In this document: piece by piece, positions 10,256 through 20,272 of the stretch
Layout: each line of letters opens with the position of its first letter
How positions within the stretch are numbered: the stretch's first letter is position 1
Assembly: GCA_963980225.1 (NCBI GenBank)
Contig: CAXBYW010000003.1
Location: 32,431-96,430, forward strand
DNA: 64,000 nt
Direction: 5' to 3'
Origin: an uncultured bacterium
GTDB lineage: Bacteria > Patescibacteriota > Microgenomatia > UBA1400 > MFAQ01
The notes under the pieces: generated by a model
What the model was told of the DNA's origin: nothing
The model's database searches: none
The model's input: only the letters and a program-made list of their open reading frames with translations
Made by a program: the position numbers and the translations under genes

Positions 10256-10269
10256 ATATAATGATTATA
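10256..10269. promoter_or_regulatory. Back-to-back TATAAT boxes in a 13-bp divergent intergenic gap
   Basis: catATATAATGATTATatg: TATAAT on + (10257-10262) and TATAAT on - (10264-10269), 6 and 8 nt from the two ATGs. Confidence 0.65.
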
Positions 10270-11243
10270 TGTCTTCAGATACATTTCTTATACTAGCTGT
10301 CTTAATTGGAGGTTTCGCTTTTGTATACTTTCTCCTAAATAAAAAAATGAATCAAGCCAAAGAAGACACCACCTTAACAGAGTGGTTAAAAAGCATTCAA
10401 AGCTCTTTGAATAGTTCCAATCAAAACATAACCAGCACCCTACAAAAAAGCTATGGCGACTTACATGACCGCTTAGATACCGCTTCTAAGGTAATTGGTG
10501 AACTAAAAAAAGAAGCAGGTACTTTTTCTGAAATCGGTCGTTCAATGCAGGATCTTCAGCAGTTTTTACAAAGTCCCAAACTAAGAGGTAATATCGGTGA
10601 GGAGATCTTAAAAGACCTTATCACCCAAATGTTTCCCAAGAGCTCTTTTAGTCTCCAGTTTAGTTTCAAGAGCGGGGCCACAGTCGACGCGGTTATAAAA
10701 ACCAGTGCTGGTATTCTACCCATAGACTCAAAGTTTCCCATGGAAAACTTTCAAAAAATGGTTAAAGCCAAAGATAAAAAAGAAAGAAAGTTACACAAAC
10801 AAGCCTTAGTTAGAGATGTTAGAAAACACATAAGAGATATCGAAAGTAAATATATTTTGCCAGAAGAAGACACTCTGGATTTTGCTTTAATGTACATTCC
10901 TTCAGAAGCTGTTTGGTATGAAATAATTAACTTACAAGAACTGGTCGACTATGCTAAAAAGAGTAGGGTCTATCCTGTGTCTCCCACCACTCTTTCTTTA
11001 CACCTCAGGACAATTCTCCTCTCATTTGAAGGTCAAAAAATCGAGAGCCGATCCAAACAAGTCTTTGCTATATTAAGAGGAGTTCAAAAAGACTACTCCA
11101 AACTAGACGATAATTTAGGTATTTTAAACCGCCATCTAACAAACGCCTTTAATCAAATGAGTAATGCCCAACTTTCTCTTACCTCTTTGGGGCAAAAAAT
11201 CTCTTCCACACAAACTTTAGACTCAGGTAAAAAGATAAAATGA
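10269..11243 (+). CDS. rmuC: DNA recombination protein RmuC
   Basis: N-terminal TM, coiled coil, PKLRGNIGE, DAVI, PIDSKFP, KYI, DFALMYIPSEA, SPTT. Start set to ATG 10269. Confidence 0.9.
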   Translation: MSSDTFLILAVLIGGFAFVYFLLNKKMNQAKEDTTLTEWLKSIQSSLNSSNQNITSTLQKSYGDLHDRLDTASKVIGELKKEAGTFSEIGRSMQDLQQFLQSPKLRGNIGEEILKDLITQMFPKSSFSLQFSFKSGATVDAVIKTSAGILPIDSKFPMENFQKMVKAKDKKERKLHKQALVRDVRKHIRDIESKYILPEEDTLDFALMYIPSEAVWYEIINLQELVDYAKKSRVYPVSPTTLSLHLRTILLSFEGQKIESRSKQVFAILRGVQKDYSKLDDNLGILNRHLTNAFNQMSNAQLSLTSLGQKISSTQTLDSGKKIK

Positions 11244-14224
11244 CCTTTAGTGGTGCCTTTACAAGAGAATACAACAAGCTTAATAAGAATCAAAAGATTG
11301 CCACAGACTCAATAGAAGGTCCAGTTATGGTAATGGCTGGTCCTGGTACCGGTAAAACCCAAGTCTTAACTTTAAGGATAGCTAACATCATAAGAAAAAC
11401 TGACACGGCACCAAGCAGTATCTTGGCCCTTACTTTTACCGACGCAGCAGCCAACGAAATGCGTCAACGCTTGATTACTTTAATAGGTCAACCAGCCTAC
11501 TCTGTACAGATATCTACGTTTCACTCTTTCTGCCAGTCAATCATTTTAGAAAATCCAGATCTTTTTATTGTGGCAGAAGAAACTCAACACCTACAAGATC
11601 TAGATCGTACAAAAATATTACAAAAAATAATCAAAGGTAATGAGTTCTCTTACTTAAAACCATTAAATGCCCCTTTTTACTACGTATTAAATATTATAGA
11701 AAAAATTAAAACCTTAAAAAGGGAAGGTATAGACCCCAAAGAATTTAATCAAATCTTAAAGGAGCAAAAAAAAGAATTAGAAACCCAGGCAGCTAGCCTC
11801 TCCAAAACTGTTCTGGTCAAGCAAAAAAAAGATTTAGAAAAGAACCTGGACCTACAAAAAATATACTCACTCTATCAACAAGAACTAACCAAAAAAGGGA
11901 TGTTCGATTTTGAAGACATGATCAACTGGGTGGTAGATAAGTTTGAAAAAGATCCTGACCTTCTACTTTCATATCAAGAGCGTCTAAGTTATTTACTGGT
12001 AGATGAGTATCAAGACACCAACTCTGCTCAAAATCAACTAGTCTTTAAACTTGCTTCATACTGGAATGAAAAGGCCAACCTCTTTGTAGTTGGAGATCCC
12101 AATCAAAGCATCTACAGGTTTCAAGGAGCTTCTCTTGAAAATACTAAAGAGTTTGTCGTTCGTTTCCCTAACTCTATTTTAATAAATCTAAACGAAAACT
12201 ATCGTTCTCCTCAACTTCTCCTTGACTCTGCTCGTGCTGTAATAAAAAACAACTCTCCTAAAGCTGTCAAACTAAAAAGCAATCTCGTTGGTCGGGGTAA
12301 GCCAGTTAACCTGGCTCACTTTACCCATTCAATTTTCGAAGACTATTTTCTATCCAAAAACATTAAAGACTTAATCAGTAAGGGTGTGAAACCTGAAGAG
12401 GTTGCAATTATTGTTCGCCACAATAAAGATCTAAATGACATATCTTCTGCTTTAAAAAAGTTTGGCCTACCTTTTACCATTAAGGGAACTCAAGATCTAT
12501 TCGAACAACCATTGGTAAAACAATTACTCACCTTCTTGACCATTATCAGTAACTCTCCTCATGAGCACAAAGACATCGATCTTTTTACTCTTTTAAATTT
12601 TGATTTTTTTGAGATTGACCCATTATTAATTCTTAAAACAGCCAAAAAAGCATCAGATGACAAGACTCACCTAGCTAGCTATATTCTTTCTGATAAAAAC
12701 AGAGTTCCTGTAAAACTGAAAAACTTCTTTACAAACTTAAATAAGTGGCAAAAAATATCAGCCAACTCTACCTTACCAGAGTTTTTTGAAAAACTGATTC
12801 AACAGTCGGGCATACTAGACCACTTGTTAAAGCAAAAAAACAAAGCAGATGACCTTTATCAGTTAAACATGTTCTTTACTCAAATAAAAAACATGGCTTA
12901 CCAAGACTCAAATCTGAATCTGTCAAGCTTTCTAAAAAACATCACCGCTCTAAAAGAGCAGAAAATCAAAACTACCATGTCTTCACCAATAACACTAAAA
13001 GAATCCATCACCTTGACCACTATCCATAAAGCCAAGGGATTAGAATGGAATCATGTCTATCTTTATCGTTGTGTGGACGGCAAGTGGGGCAACTCCAGAA
13101 TTCGCAATCTTATAAATCTACCTCCCAATCTTCTAGAGTTCGCAGTAGATCAAGACCCTCAAGAAGAAGAAAGACGTCTTTTCTACGTTGCCTTAACCAG
13201 AACCAAGAAAGTCTTGAACATCACTTCAGCTAATCAATACTCCACTGATTACGGAACTCAAAACACACTACCATCCTCTTTTATCAATGAAATCCCCAGT
13301 GATTTAACAAGAAAGGTCCAGTCAAGTAGTGTAGAAAATGATTCCAAAAAAGTAATAAAAAAATTACTCACACCTCCAGTTATTACTTCCACTACAACCA
13401 AAGAAAAAGAATACCTAAGTGGTCTAGCCAAAGAAATTAAGCTTTCAGTTACTGCACTAACCACATTTTTAGACTGCGCCTACAAATTCAAGTTAAACAA
13501 CCTGTATCGTTTACCAAAAGCTAAAGAGTCCTATCTTAGTTTTGGTACAGCCGTTCACACAGCTTTAGAAAAATATCATCAAAATCCCAAGCTCAAATTT
13601 CTTTTAGAACAATTTGAAAAAGCTCTCATCAAGGAAATTATCACACCAGAAGACTACTCTGCCCGTCTTAATCATGGTAAAAAAGTCCTCACTGCTTATC
13701 ACAAACTACACGGACCTAATCTAAAACCCGCTCATGCTCTAGAGAAGTATTTTGGTTATTCTTCTGGATCAAACTGTCATTTAGGAGACATCTCTCTAGT
13801 AGGTAAGGTAGATAGAATTGACATCCTAGACGAAAAGGAGAAGACCGCCAAAATAATAGACTATAAAACCGGTAAACCAAAGACCAAGGGGGAAATAGAA
13901 GGTACCACCAAGACCTCCACCGGTTACCTGAAACGCCAGCTTGTTTTCTACGCCCTCCTAGCCAAACTAGACAAACACTTCCCCTTAAAAGTCATCCAGT
14001 TCGAACTAGATTTTGTAGAAAGCCCATTCCTAAATGACAAGTCTGGAAAGACAACCTTTTCCGTTAGTGAAAAAGAAATAGAAGACTTGAAAAAAGTAAT
14101 AAAAAAAGCCAGCAAAGAAATCAGAGCCCTAAGATTCCCTCGCACCAAAGAAACTTCTCCTTGTCATAGATGTGAATTCAAAGATCATTGTTGGCCCACT
14201 GCTATACCGAAAACCTTGCAATAA
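11240..14224 (+). CDS. UvrD/REP superfamily-1 helicase fused to a C-terminal PD-(D/E)XK nuclease (AdnA/B- or AddA/B-like)
   Basis: AGPGTGKT, LVDEYQD, VGDPNQSIYRF, NYRS, TIHKAKGLEW, EERRLFYVALTR, then GKVDRID, IIDYKTG, QLVFYA and C...CxxCxxxxxC. Confidence 0.9.
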   Translation: MTFSGAFTREYNKLNKNQKIATDSIEGPVMVMAGPGTGKTQVLTLRIANIIRKTDTAPSSILALTFTDAAANEMRQRLITLIGQPAYSVQISTFHSFCQSIILENPDLFIVAEETQHLQDLDRTKILQKIIKGNEFSYLKPLNAPFYYVLNIIEKIKTLKREGIDPKEFNQILKEQKKELETQAASLSKTVLVKQKKDLEKNLDLQKIYSLYQQELTKKGMFDFEDMINWVVDKFEKDPDLLLSYQERLSYLLVDEYQDTNSAQNQLVFKLASYWNEKANLFVVGDPNQSIYRFQGASLENTKEFVVRFPNSILINLNENYRSPQLLLDSARAVIKNNSPKAVKLKSNLVGRGKPVNLAHFTHSIFEDYFLSKNIKDLISKGVKPEEVAIIVRHNKDLNDISSALKKFGLPFTIKGTQDLFEQPLVKQLLTFLTIISNSPHEHKDIDLFTLLNFDFFEIDPLLILKTAKKASDDKTHLASYILSDKNRVPVKLKNFFTNLNKWQKISANSTLPEFFEKLIQQSGILDHLLKQKNKADDLYQLNMFFTQIKNMAYQDSNLNLSSFLKNITALKEQKIKTTMSSPITLKESITLTTIHKAKGLEWNHVYLYRCVDGKWGNSRIRNLINLPPNLLEFAVDQDPQEEERRLFYVALTRTKKVLNITSANQYSTDYGTQNTLPSSFINEIPSDLTRKVQSSSVENDSKKVIKKLLTPPVITSTTTKEKEYLSGLAKEIKLSVTALTTFLDCAYKFKLNNLYRLPKAKESYLSFGTAVHTALEKYHQNPKLKFLLEQFEKALIKEIITPEDYSARLNHGKKVLTAYHKLHGPNLKPAHALEKYFGYSSGSNCHLGDISLVGKVDRIDILDEKEKTAKIIDYKTGKPKTKGEIEGTTKTSTGYLKRQLVFYALLAKLDKHFPLKVIQFELDFVESPFLNDKSGKTTFSVSEKEIEDLKKVIKKASKEIRALRFPRTKETSPCHRCEFKDHCWPTAIPKTLQ

Positions 14225-14243
14225 AAAAGAAAACACTTATAAT
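14216..14243 (+). promoter_or_regulatory. Sigma70-type promoter
   Basis: TTGCAA (14216-14221), 16 bp, TATAAT (14238-14243). Confidence 0.55.
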
Positions 14244-14295
14244 ATTCTTTATTCACTCGCTCTTTTCCAGCTTACTAACAAAAAGGAGAAAAAAC

Positions 14296-14757
14296 ATGAA
14301 GTCAAATGATATTCCTATCGACAGCCTTCGTAAATGGCGTTCAATTTCTTATTCAGCTTGCGCAGTTTGTTTTTTAGCCGCCATAGTTACAAGTTTCTTT
14401 GTTAACTCAAACGAGAGTTGGTTACCCAACTCTTTTATGGTGGTTAACCCGGTGTCAATTATTTTCATAATAGGTATTTTTATCCCCTTAACCTTCTTTC
14501 ATTATTTAATATTCAAAGGTTATGCCCATTTAAGAGCAGTTAAAGACCATTTTGGGGAAAAGATCCGTTCTTCTTCAGAAGATGCATCAGAACTTGGCTT
14601 AGCTGTGTTCTTTTGTTTTATTTTCACAATGGGTTTGTCACCCGATCCTGCTCTTCACATAAAGCTCCTCGCGTGGAGCCTCATAATTCTTGGTCTGGAA
14701 GCAGTTTTCTATGATTGGCCCCAGAGAATAAAGAAGCTCTTCACAAGGTCCCCATAA
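14296..14757 (+). CDS. Hypothetical membrane protein (about 4 TM)
   Basis: ATG 14296 preceded by AAGGAG; own promoter and terminator; four hydrophobic segments. Confidence 0.7.
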   Translation: MKSNDIPIDSLRKWRSISYSACAVCFLAAIVTSFFVNSNESWLPNSFMVVNPVSIIFIIGIFIPLTFFHYLIFKGYAHLRAVKDHFGEKIRSSSEDASELGLAVFFCFIFTMGLSPDPALHIKLLAWSLIILGLEAVFYDWPQRIKKLFTRSP

Positions 14758-14777
14758 TTCACCGCTTAAGAAATACC

Positions 14778-14804
14778 GCCCTTAGTCTAACTAAGGGCTT
14801 TTTT
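14778..14804 (+). terminator. Intrinsic terminator
   Basis: GCCCTTAGT-cta-ACTAAGGGC perfect 9-bp stem followed by T6. Confidence 0.8.
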
Positions 14805-15623
14805 ATTGCCATAAAACCACTTAACAAACGAACCAGGGTAGCTGATCACCTTCCCTCCAAACCTTTTTTTGAATTCACTAAAACCTGCCCATCTTTTTTG
14901 CGGCCACCTTTCATCCAGTATCCCTTCAAAATCAAACCATCTTACACTTTGTCTTTTGCATTCCAATATCACCTGCCAAACCAAATGATAATGGGAACCC
15001 GACCTTCTGCCTGCCTCACTAGTCCATGTCTGGAAATAGTTAACGGTATCACCAGACTTAAGTAAGATAATTCCGGAGAGCAAGCTATCTCCCTTCTTAC
15101 TAACCCACAAACTGGCATCTTCACCAAAGGCCTCAATCAACTTATTAAACCTCTCCTCACTCATTAACCAGGTGTGAGCCGCTTTTTTCCAGTTTTTATA
15201 GAACTTCCTTCTATCTTTTTTACCTCTTAGCTCAATCGTCTGGACAAGAGAGTCTTTCTTTAATATCCGTTTAGCATTTGTAGATAAATCCTTCCACAAC
15301 TTCTTCTCATCTTTTCTTAAATCGATTACTATGGTTTTGCTTGGTAAAAACGGATGCTTGTTAACCTTCCATCCATGAACTTTTTTATCTATCGGTTCCG
15401 CCACCACATAAACTACTCGATATTTTCTTTTCAATTTTTTCAAATCACCAAGATTTAACTCCCCAGAATATCTCTGTATCTTCATCATTGAAAAAGGACT
15501 CAAAGGAATTTTTTTAATAAAGACATTGATACTACCAACCTCTTCCACGATCCATCCAGAACTTTGTAGATACTTCTTCCAGCTCTTTGTCTGCCTTATG
15601 TCTTCCATCTTAGGATCATCCAC
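14787..15623 (-). CDS. FemAB/FemX-family peptidoglycan bridge aminoacyltransferase
   Basis: DIRQT..W, TIVIDL, FDFEGI, GFSEFKKRFGG. True start may be ATG 15608. Confidence 0.8.
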   Translation of the reverse strand: MDDPKMEDIRQTKSWKKYLQSSGWIVEEVGSINVFIKKIPLSPFSMMKIQRYSGELNLGDLKKLKRKYRVVYVVAEPIDKKVHGWKVNKHPFLPSKTIVIDLRKDEKKLWKDLSTNAKRILKKDSLVQTIELRGKKDRRKFYKNWKKAAHTWLMSEERFNKLIEAFGEDASLWVSKKGDSLLSGIILLKSGDTVNYFQTWTSEAGRRSGSHYHLVWQVILECKRQSVRWFDFEGILDERWPQKRWAGFSEFKKRFGGKVISYPGSFVKWFYGNKKALS

Positions 15624-16582
15624 CTTATACTTTCACCCACCCTGTAGAGCCAGTATAAAACAGGATTTATTACTAAGTCCCAGCTGCCCACAAACTCTAC
15701 CAGCTCTCCACCATATCCTGCCTTGAACTTATGAAAACCAAACCACGGATCCTTGGTATCTGGGTTTTCTCCTAGAGATCCCCACATATCAAATATCTTA
15801 CAATCTTTCTTTTTTCCAAACTTAATCACCTCCCAAGCCAACAAGTTGTTAGCCATTAACTCTCTATTGTCTCTACTAGAAGCACCATATGGATAATAGA
15901 GCACTCCGTTTAAAATAAATACAATCCAAGCAGACAGAACCTTCCCTTTATACATCGCCTTAAACAAATGGGCTTGACCAGCCTTCTTCATCTCTTGCCA
16001 CATCTTCAAATGATATTCTCTGTTGTGAGCATAAAATGCCTGTCTATTCGTTGTTTCTTCCATTAGTTTCCAATAGTCTTCAAAACCTTCATTGCTTGAA
16101 TCTTCTATCACCCTCACTCCTTTCTTTTCTGCCAATCTAACGTTGTACCTTGTCTTTGCCTTCATTCCAGAAAGAAGATCTTTCTCACTTTTAGTTAGGT
16201 CCAACCAAAAGGTGAACTTTGTAAACAACGCTCTCCCCTTAACTAATCCCATTTTCTTGCCAAATTCTAATCCTGATCGAACATTGGGTTCAAATTTTAT
16301 AAATATAGCCTTTTCTCTTTTTGCTACTTTTTTTATCTCTTCAAACATTTCTTGACTCGGAATAGAGGACTTAGGACAGTAACCAGCCTTCCAAGGCAGT
16401 CGTGGTAAGTTGTGCAAGGTAATCTGATATCCATTGACCAACTCTTTTTTCTTGTAATCACCAAATCTAATCACTTTGACTCTATCGGACTTCCTTAAGT
16501 TTCCCCAAGCCCAACTTTGTAACGGGTGCAAGGCCTTATCATCAAAGTTTTTCTTGTTTTTTTCTTCTACTAGTTTTATCAT
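15596..16582 (-). CDS. FemAB/FemX-family lipid II aminoacyltransferase
   Basis: HPLQSWAWG, IKFEP, LDLT, KTRYNVRLAEKKGV, YPYGASS, FDMWG, GFHKFKAGYGG. Confidence 0.9.
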   Translation of the reverse strand: MIKLVEEKNKKNFDDKALHPLQSWAWGNLRKSDRVKVIRFGDYKKKELVNGYQITLHNLPRLPWKAGYCPKSSIPSQEMFEEIKKVAKREKAIFIKFEPNVRSGLEFGKKMGLVKGRALFTKFTFWLDLTKSEKDLLSGMKAKTRYNVRLAEKKGVRVIEDSSNEGFEDYWKLMEETTNRQAFYAHNREYHLKMWQEMKKAGQAHLFKAMYKGKVLSAWIVFILNGVLYYPYGASSRDNRELMANNLLAWEVIKFGKKKDCKIFDMWGSLGENPDTKDPWFGFHKFKAGYGGELVEFVGSWDLVINPVLYWLYRVGESIRWMILRWKT

Positions 16583-16593
16583 TATCTTTAATT

Positions 16594-18471
16594 TTACCAG
16601 CTGTCTATCTCGTTAAAGTCATTTGCACTTTCTTTCTCCACTTCCCAGTCTTGGACAACCTTTCTTCCTAATAAGTTTTTTTTAACAGGTTTTACCTCTT
16701 TATATATTAATCGCTGCGGAATCTCGCTTAAAAATCTAGACGGACTCTGATTATTTCTACTTCCATACAAAAACCTCAAAGTGGCAAAACTTAAAAAAAG
16801 TTTTTGCCTAGCTCTAGTGATTGCTACATACAAAAGTCTTCTTTCTTCCTCCAGTGAATCTTTTTCTAGTAAGCTTCTGGAGTGGGGAAGTAATCCTTCT
16901 TCTAATCCCACTACAAATACATTATCAAACTCCAAACCTTTAGCAGAGTGTATGGTCATTAAACTAACCTGTGTTTCTTTAGGTTGAAATTGATCGGCTA
17001 AATCCTCTGCCTGAATCAACGCCACACTTTCTAAAAACGCTTCTACTTTAGGAAACTCGCTAGCTACTGCCAAAAGTTCATTGATGTTTTCTAGTCTTCC
17101 CAAGTCTTCTTCATTTTTCTTATCAAATTTATCCAAATATTCTGTTATCTCCAATATCTTTTCAATTAATTTACCAGTAGGCAACTCACCAGAAAACTCC
17201 GATAACCATATCTCAAATTTTACTTTTTTCCTTTTACCTAGTTTCTCGATTCTATCCCAAGCTACAATATCTTCCTTATTTACCACCACTCTTAGGTGGG
17301 CTAATAGGTCTTTTATTTCTTTTCTCTCGTAAAACCTCACTCCACCCACTAAACGATACGCAATCCCTGCCCTGATCAACTCCTCCTCCAGGATCCTAGA
17401 CTGTGCATTTGTTCGATACAAGACTGCCACATTCTCCTTTTTCTCTATAGCTCCCATGCAGTTATCTATTACAAATCTTGCTTCAGACCGACCATCCTGA
17501 CCTTCAAACATTAAAATCTTGTCCCCTCCATTCTCACGGGTTACAAGTTTTAATACGGGGTGGCTCGTGTTGTTGCCAATCACCTCATGGGCTGCATCTA
17601 GAATGTTTTGGGTGCTTCTGTAGTTTTCAATAAGCTCAATTATTTTTAGATCCTTAAAATCCTTCTTTAGAAGCTCTAGATTTCTAAAATCAGCTCCCCT
17701 AAAAGAATAAATTGCTTGAGAAGCATCTCCAACCACAGTTAATCGCTCAGGATCCTTTACTAGTAATCTGGTTAGCTCAAACTGAGCTTTATTAGTATCT
17801 TGATACTCATCTACCAGTATCCAATCAAATCTTCTGTGTACCTTGTTTCTTACCTCTTCCACTTTGAGTAGCTTCACACACTTGGTAAGTAGGTCATCAA
17901 AATCAAGTGCATTAAAATTATTCAACAGTTTTTGATATTCACTCCATACGGAGATAGTAGTTTTTTGATAGCTCTCACGAGCTAAAAACCCAGCATCTTT
18001 TATACCAATTAAGTTATTTTTATACTTAGAAATTATCGCCAAGTACATTCTAATTTTTTTTGGAGTACTTTCTTGATCTAAATTTATTAAGGCCTTTTTC
18101 ATGACCTGTCTTTGGTCGGTTGTATCATAAATAACAAAACCTTTTCTTACTCCAATCATCTCACCATACATTCTTAAAAGACGAACACAAAAACCATGAA
18201 ATGTCCCAGCAAAACCTAAGCTTCTCCCATCAGTCTTTCCAAGTAGATCTCTTACTCTGCCAGACATCTCACTTGCTGCCTTATTAGTAAAAGTAAGCAG
18301 AACTATCTTCCCAGGGTCAACACTCCTTTCTTTAATAAGCCAAGAGGTTCTACGTGTTAGCACTCTAGTTTTTCCAGAACCAGCTCCCGCCAAGACCAGT
18401 AAGGGGCTTCCCTCATGGGTTACAGCCTGTAGCTGTTCGTTATTTAGTTTATTTTTCCAGGCAGGTTTCAC
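16594..18471 (-). CDS. pcrA: ATP-dependent DNA helicase PcrA/UvrD
   Basis: LAGAGSGKT, TFTNKAA, DEYQDTN, VGDASQAIYSFRGA, YRTNAQSR, TIHSAKGLEF, EERRLLYVAITRA, PSRF. Confidence 0.93.
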   Translation of the reverse strand: MKPAWKNKLNNEQLQAVTHEGSPLLVLAGAGSGKTRVLTRRTSWLIKERSVDPGKIVLLTFTNKAASEMSGRVRDLLGKTDGRSLGFAGTFHGFCVRLLRMYGEMIGVRKGFVIYDTTDQRQVMKKALINLDQESTPKKIRMYLAIISKYKNNLIGIKDAGFLARESYQKTTISVWSEYQKLLNNFNALDFDDLLTKCVKLLKVEEVRNKVHRRFDWILVDEYQDTNKAQFELTRLLVKDPERLTVVGDASQAIYSFRGADFRNLELLKKDFKDLKIIELIENYRSTQNILDAAHEVIGNNTSHPVLKLVTRENGGDKILMFEGQDGRSEARFVIDNCMGAIEKKENVAVLYRTNAQSRILEEELIRAGIAYRLVGGVRFYERKEIKDLLAHLRVVVNKEDIVAWDRIEKLGKRKKVKFEIWLSEFSGELPTGKLIEKILEITEYLDKFDKKNEEDLGRLENINELLAVASEFPKVEAFLESVALIQAEDLADQFQPKETQVSLMTIHSAKGLEFDNVFVVGLEEGLLPHSRSLLEKDSLEEERRLLYVAITRARQKLFLSFATLRFLYGSRNNQSPSRFLSEIPQRLIYKEVKPVKKNLLGRKVVQDWEVEKESANDFNEIDSW

Positions 18472-18515
18472 TCTTCATACTATACCTTAAATAAAAGGGT
18501 AAAATAACTCTTACC

Positions 18516-19208
18516 ATGACTTATCTAATAGCCAACTGGAAAAGCCACCTCAACAACACCCAGTCTTTATCTTGGTTAAAAGAAATAGAAAAACTTGCTC
18601 CTACAATCTCTCCTGACCTTAAAACCATAGTATGTCTTCCTTTTACAGATCTACCGGAATTTAATCGCCATCTTAATTTCTCAAAAACACCCCTTTTTGT
18701 TGGGGCTCAAACAGTAAGCCCTTATTCAGCCGGGAAACACACAGGAGACATTACTGCCAGTATGCTTTCTGAGTTAGTTACCTACTGTCTTGTGGGTCAT
18801 TCTGAAAGAAGAGTTAATCTTAAAGAGACAACTCAAGACGTATCTAATCAATGCCAAAAACTTCTCAAACAAAACATCACCCCCATTATCTGTGTCGACA
18901 AACCTTACATAGATGAGCAAGTAAAAGAACTTTTTGCTCAAAACATACCACTTTCACGCTGTTTGTTTGCTTACGAGCCAGCATCAGCTATTGGCACCAA
19001 AAAACCAGAATCACCAGAGGATGCAAGTAAAGTTGCCTCCAAGATAATCTTACTTACTAACGGAGACAGCCCCGTCATATATGGTGGGTCAGTTTCACCA
19101 GAAAACATTCTAAGTTTTACTAATCAACTCAATATAGATGGAGTATTGGTGGGAACCAATAGCCTGAAACCATCTGTCTTTAATCAACTAGTTAATCTAC
19201 TTAAATGA
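18516..19208 (+). CDS. tpiA: Triosephosphate isomerase
   Basis: ANWK, VGHSERR, AYEP.SAIGT, YGGSV, DGVLVG. Confidence 0.93.
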   Translation: MTYLIANWKSHLNNTQSLSWLKEIEKLAPTISPDLKTIVCLPFTDLPEFNRHLNFSKTPLFVGAQTVSPYSAGKHTGDITASMLSELVTYCLVGHSERRVNLKETTQDVSNQCQKLLKQNITPIICVDKPYIDEQVKELFAQNIPLSRCLFAYEPASAIGTKKPESPEDASKVASKIILLTNGDSPVIYGGSVSPENILSFTNQLNIDGVLVGTNSLKPSVFNQLVNLLK

Positions 19209-20272
19209 AGCTTAAGAGAATTCATTTCGGAAGAATTAAGATAGGTATTGTCCACTTTTTTCAGTCACATCTAAAAATAATTAGCTGGGTTCTTCTCCTT
19301 GGACTGCTATTTGTTAGTTTGGTCAAAATAAATCAATTCTTCAAAAAATTAAACATCGTTCCCAAGCACGTGGCCTCTTTATTTCAAGATCCCATAAACA
19401 ATCTTAATCACTCCAATCAGCGGACAAACTTTTTATTACTGGGCATAAAGGGGGAGAACGAAACAGACGTAAAAGACCTAGCAGACACCATGATTCTAGT
19501 TTCTTATTATCATCCTACCAGCCAGGTAACTATAATCTCGGTTCCCAGAGACCTTTGGGTCAACTCCTTGAAAACAAAAATTAATGCTGTCTACCACTAC
19601 GGTCAACAAAGAGATCCACCCGTTGGTTTAAGTTTAGTTCAGGCCTCTATCCAGGAAACCTTGGGGTTGCCAGTTCATTACACGGGTGTAGTCAACTTTA
19701 ATAGTTTTATAGAAGCAATTGACCTGTTGGGTGGAGTGGAAGTAGATGTAGAAAAAAGTTTCACAGACTCTCTTTTCCCTATCCCAGGAAGAGAAAATTC
19801 ATATCCAATAGAAAGCCGCTACGAGACAGTCAGCTTTAATCAGGGACAACAAGTGATGGATGGTGAAACCGCCCTTAAATTTGTTCGCTCTCGCCAGGCA
19901 GAAGGGGACGAGGGTACAGACTTCGCCAGAAACAAAAGACAACAACTAGTTATAAAATCACTTCGCAAAAAATTACTATCTACCGACACTCTTTTAGATG
20001 AGTCAATTCGTTCCAAACTACTTGATATCGTTCAAAAAAATCTAGTTACCAATTTAAAACTAGATGACTATCCATCTACAATTAATTTATTAATTAGCTC
20101 AAGAAGTCAGCCTTTTCAGTCTATAAATTTATCGACTGAAGCAACGGATAGTGAAATTGCTATCTTAGAAAACCCTCCTAAGTATCTATATCAAAACCAA
20201 TGGGTCTTAATTGCTAAAGACAATAACTGGGAAGCCCTAAAACAACACATCCAAAACAAGCTCAGTCAGTGA
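19205..20272 (+). CDS. LCP (LytR-CpsA-Psr) family glycopolymer transferase
   Basis: N-terminal TM, DTMIL, SVPRDLWV, KINA, DLLGGVEV, ALKFVRSR, DFARNKRQQ. Confidence 0.92.
   Translation: MKLKRIHFGRIKIGIVHFFQSHLKIISWVLLLGLLFVSLVKINQFFKKLNIVPKHVASLFQDPINNLNHSNQRTNFLLLGIKGENETDVKDLADTMILVSYYHPTSQVTIISVPRDLWVNSLKTKINAVYHYGQQRDPPVGLSLVQASIQETLGLPVHYTGVVNFNSFIEAIDLLGGVEVDVEKSFTDSLFPIPGRENSYPIESRYETVSFNQGQQVMDGETALKFVRSRQAEGDEGTDFARNKRQQLVIKSLRKKLLSTDTLLDESIRSKLLDIVQKNLVTNLKLDDYPSTINLLISSRSQPFQSINLSTEATDSEIAILENPPKYLYQNQWVLIAKDNNWEALKQHIQNKLSQ

Noticed and set aside
13440-14224. Cas4-like four-Cys nuclease
   Set aside because: It is the C-terminal domain of a UvrD helicase (AddB/AdnAB-like); no CRISPR context
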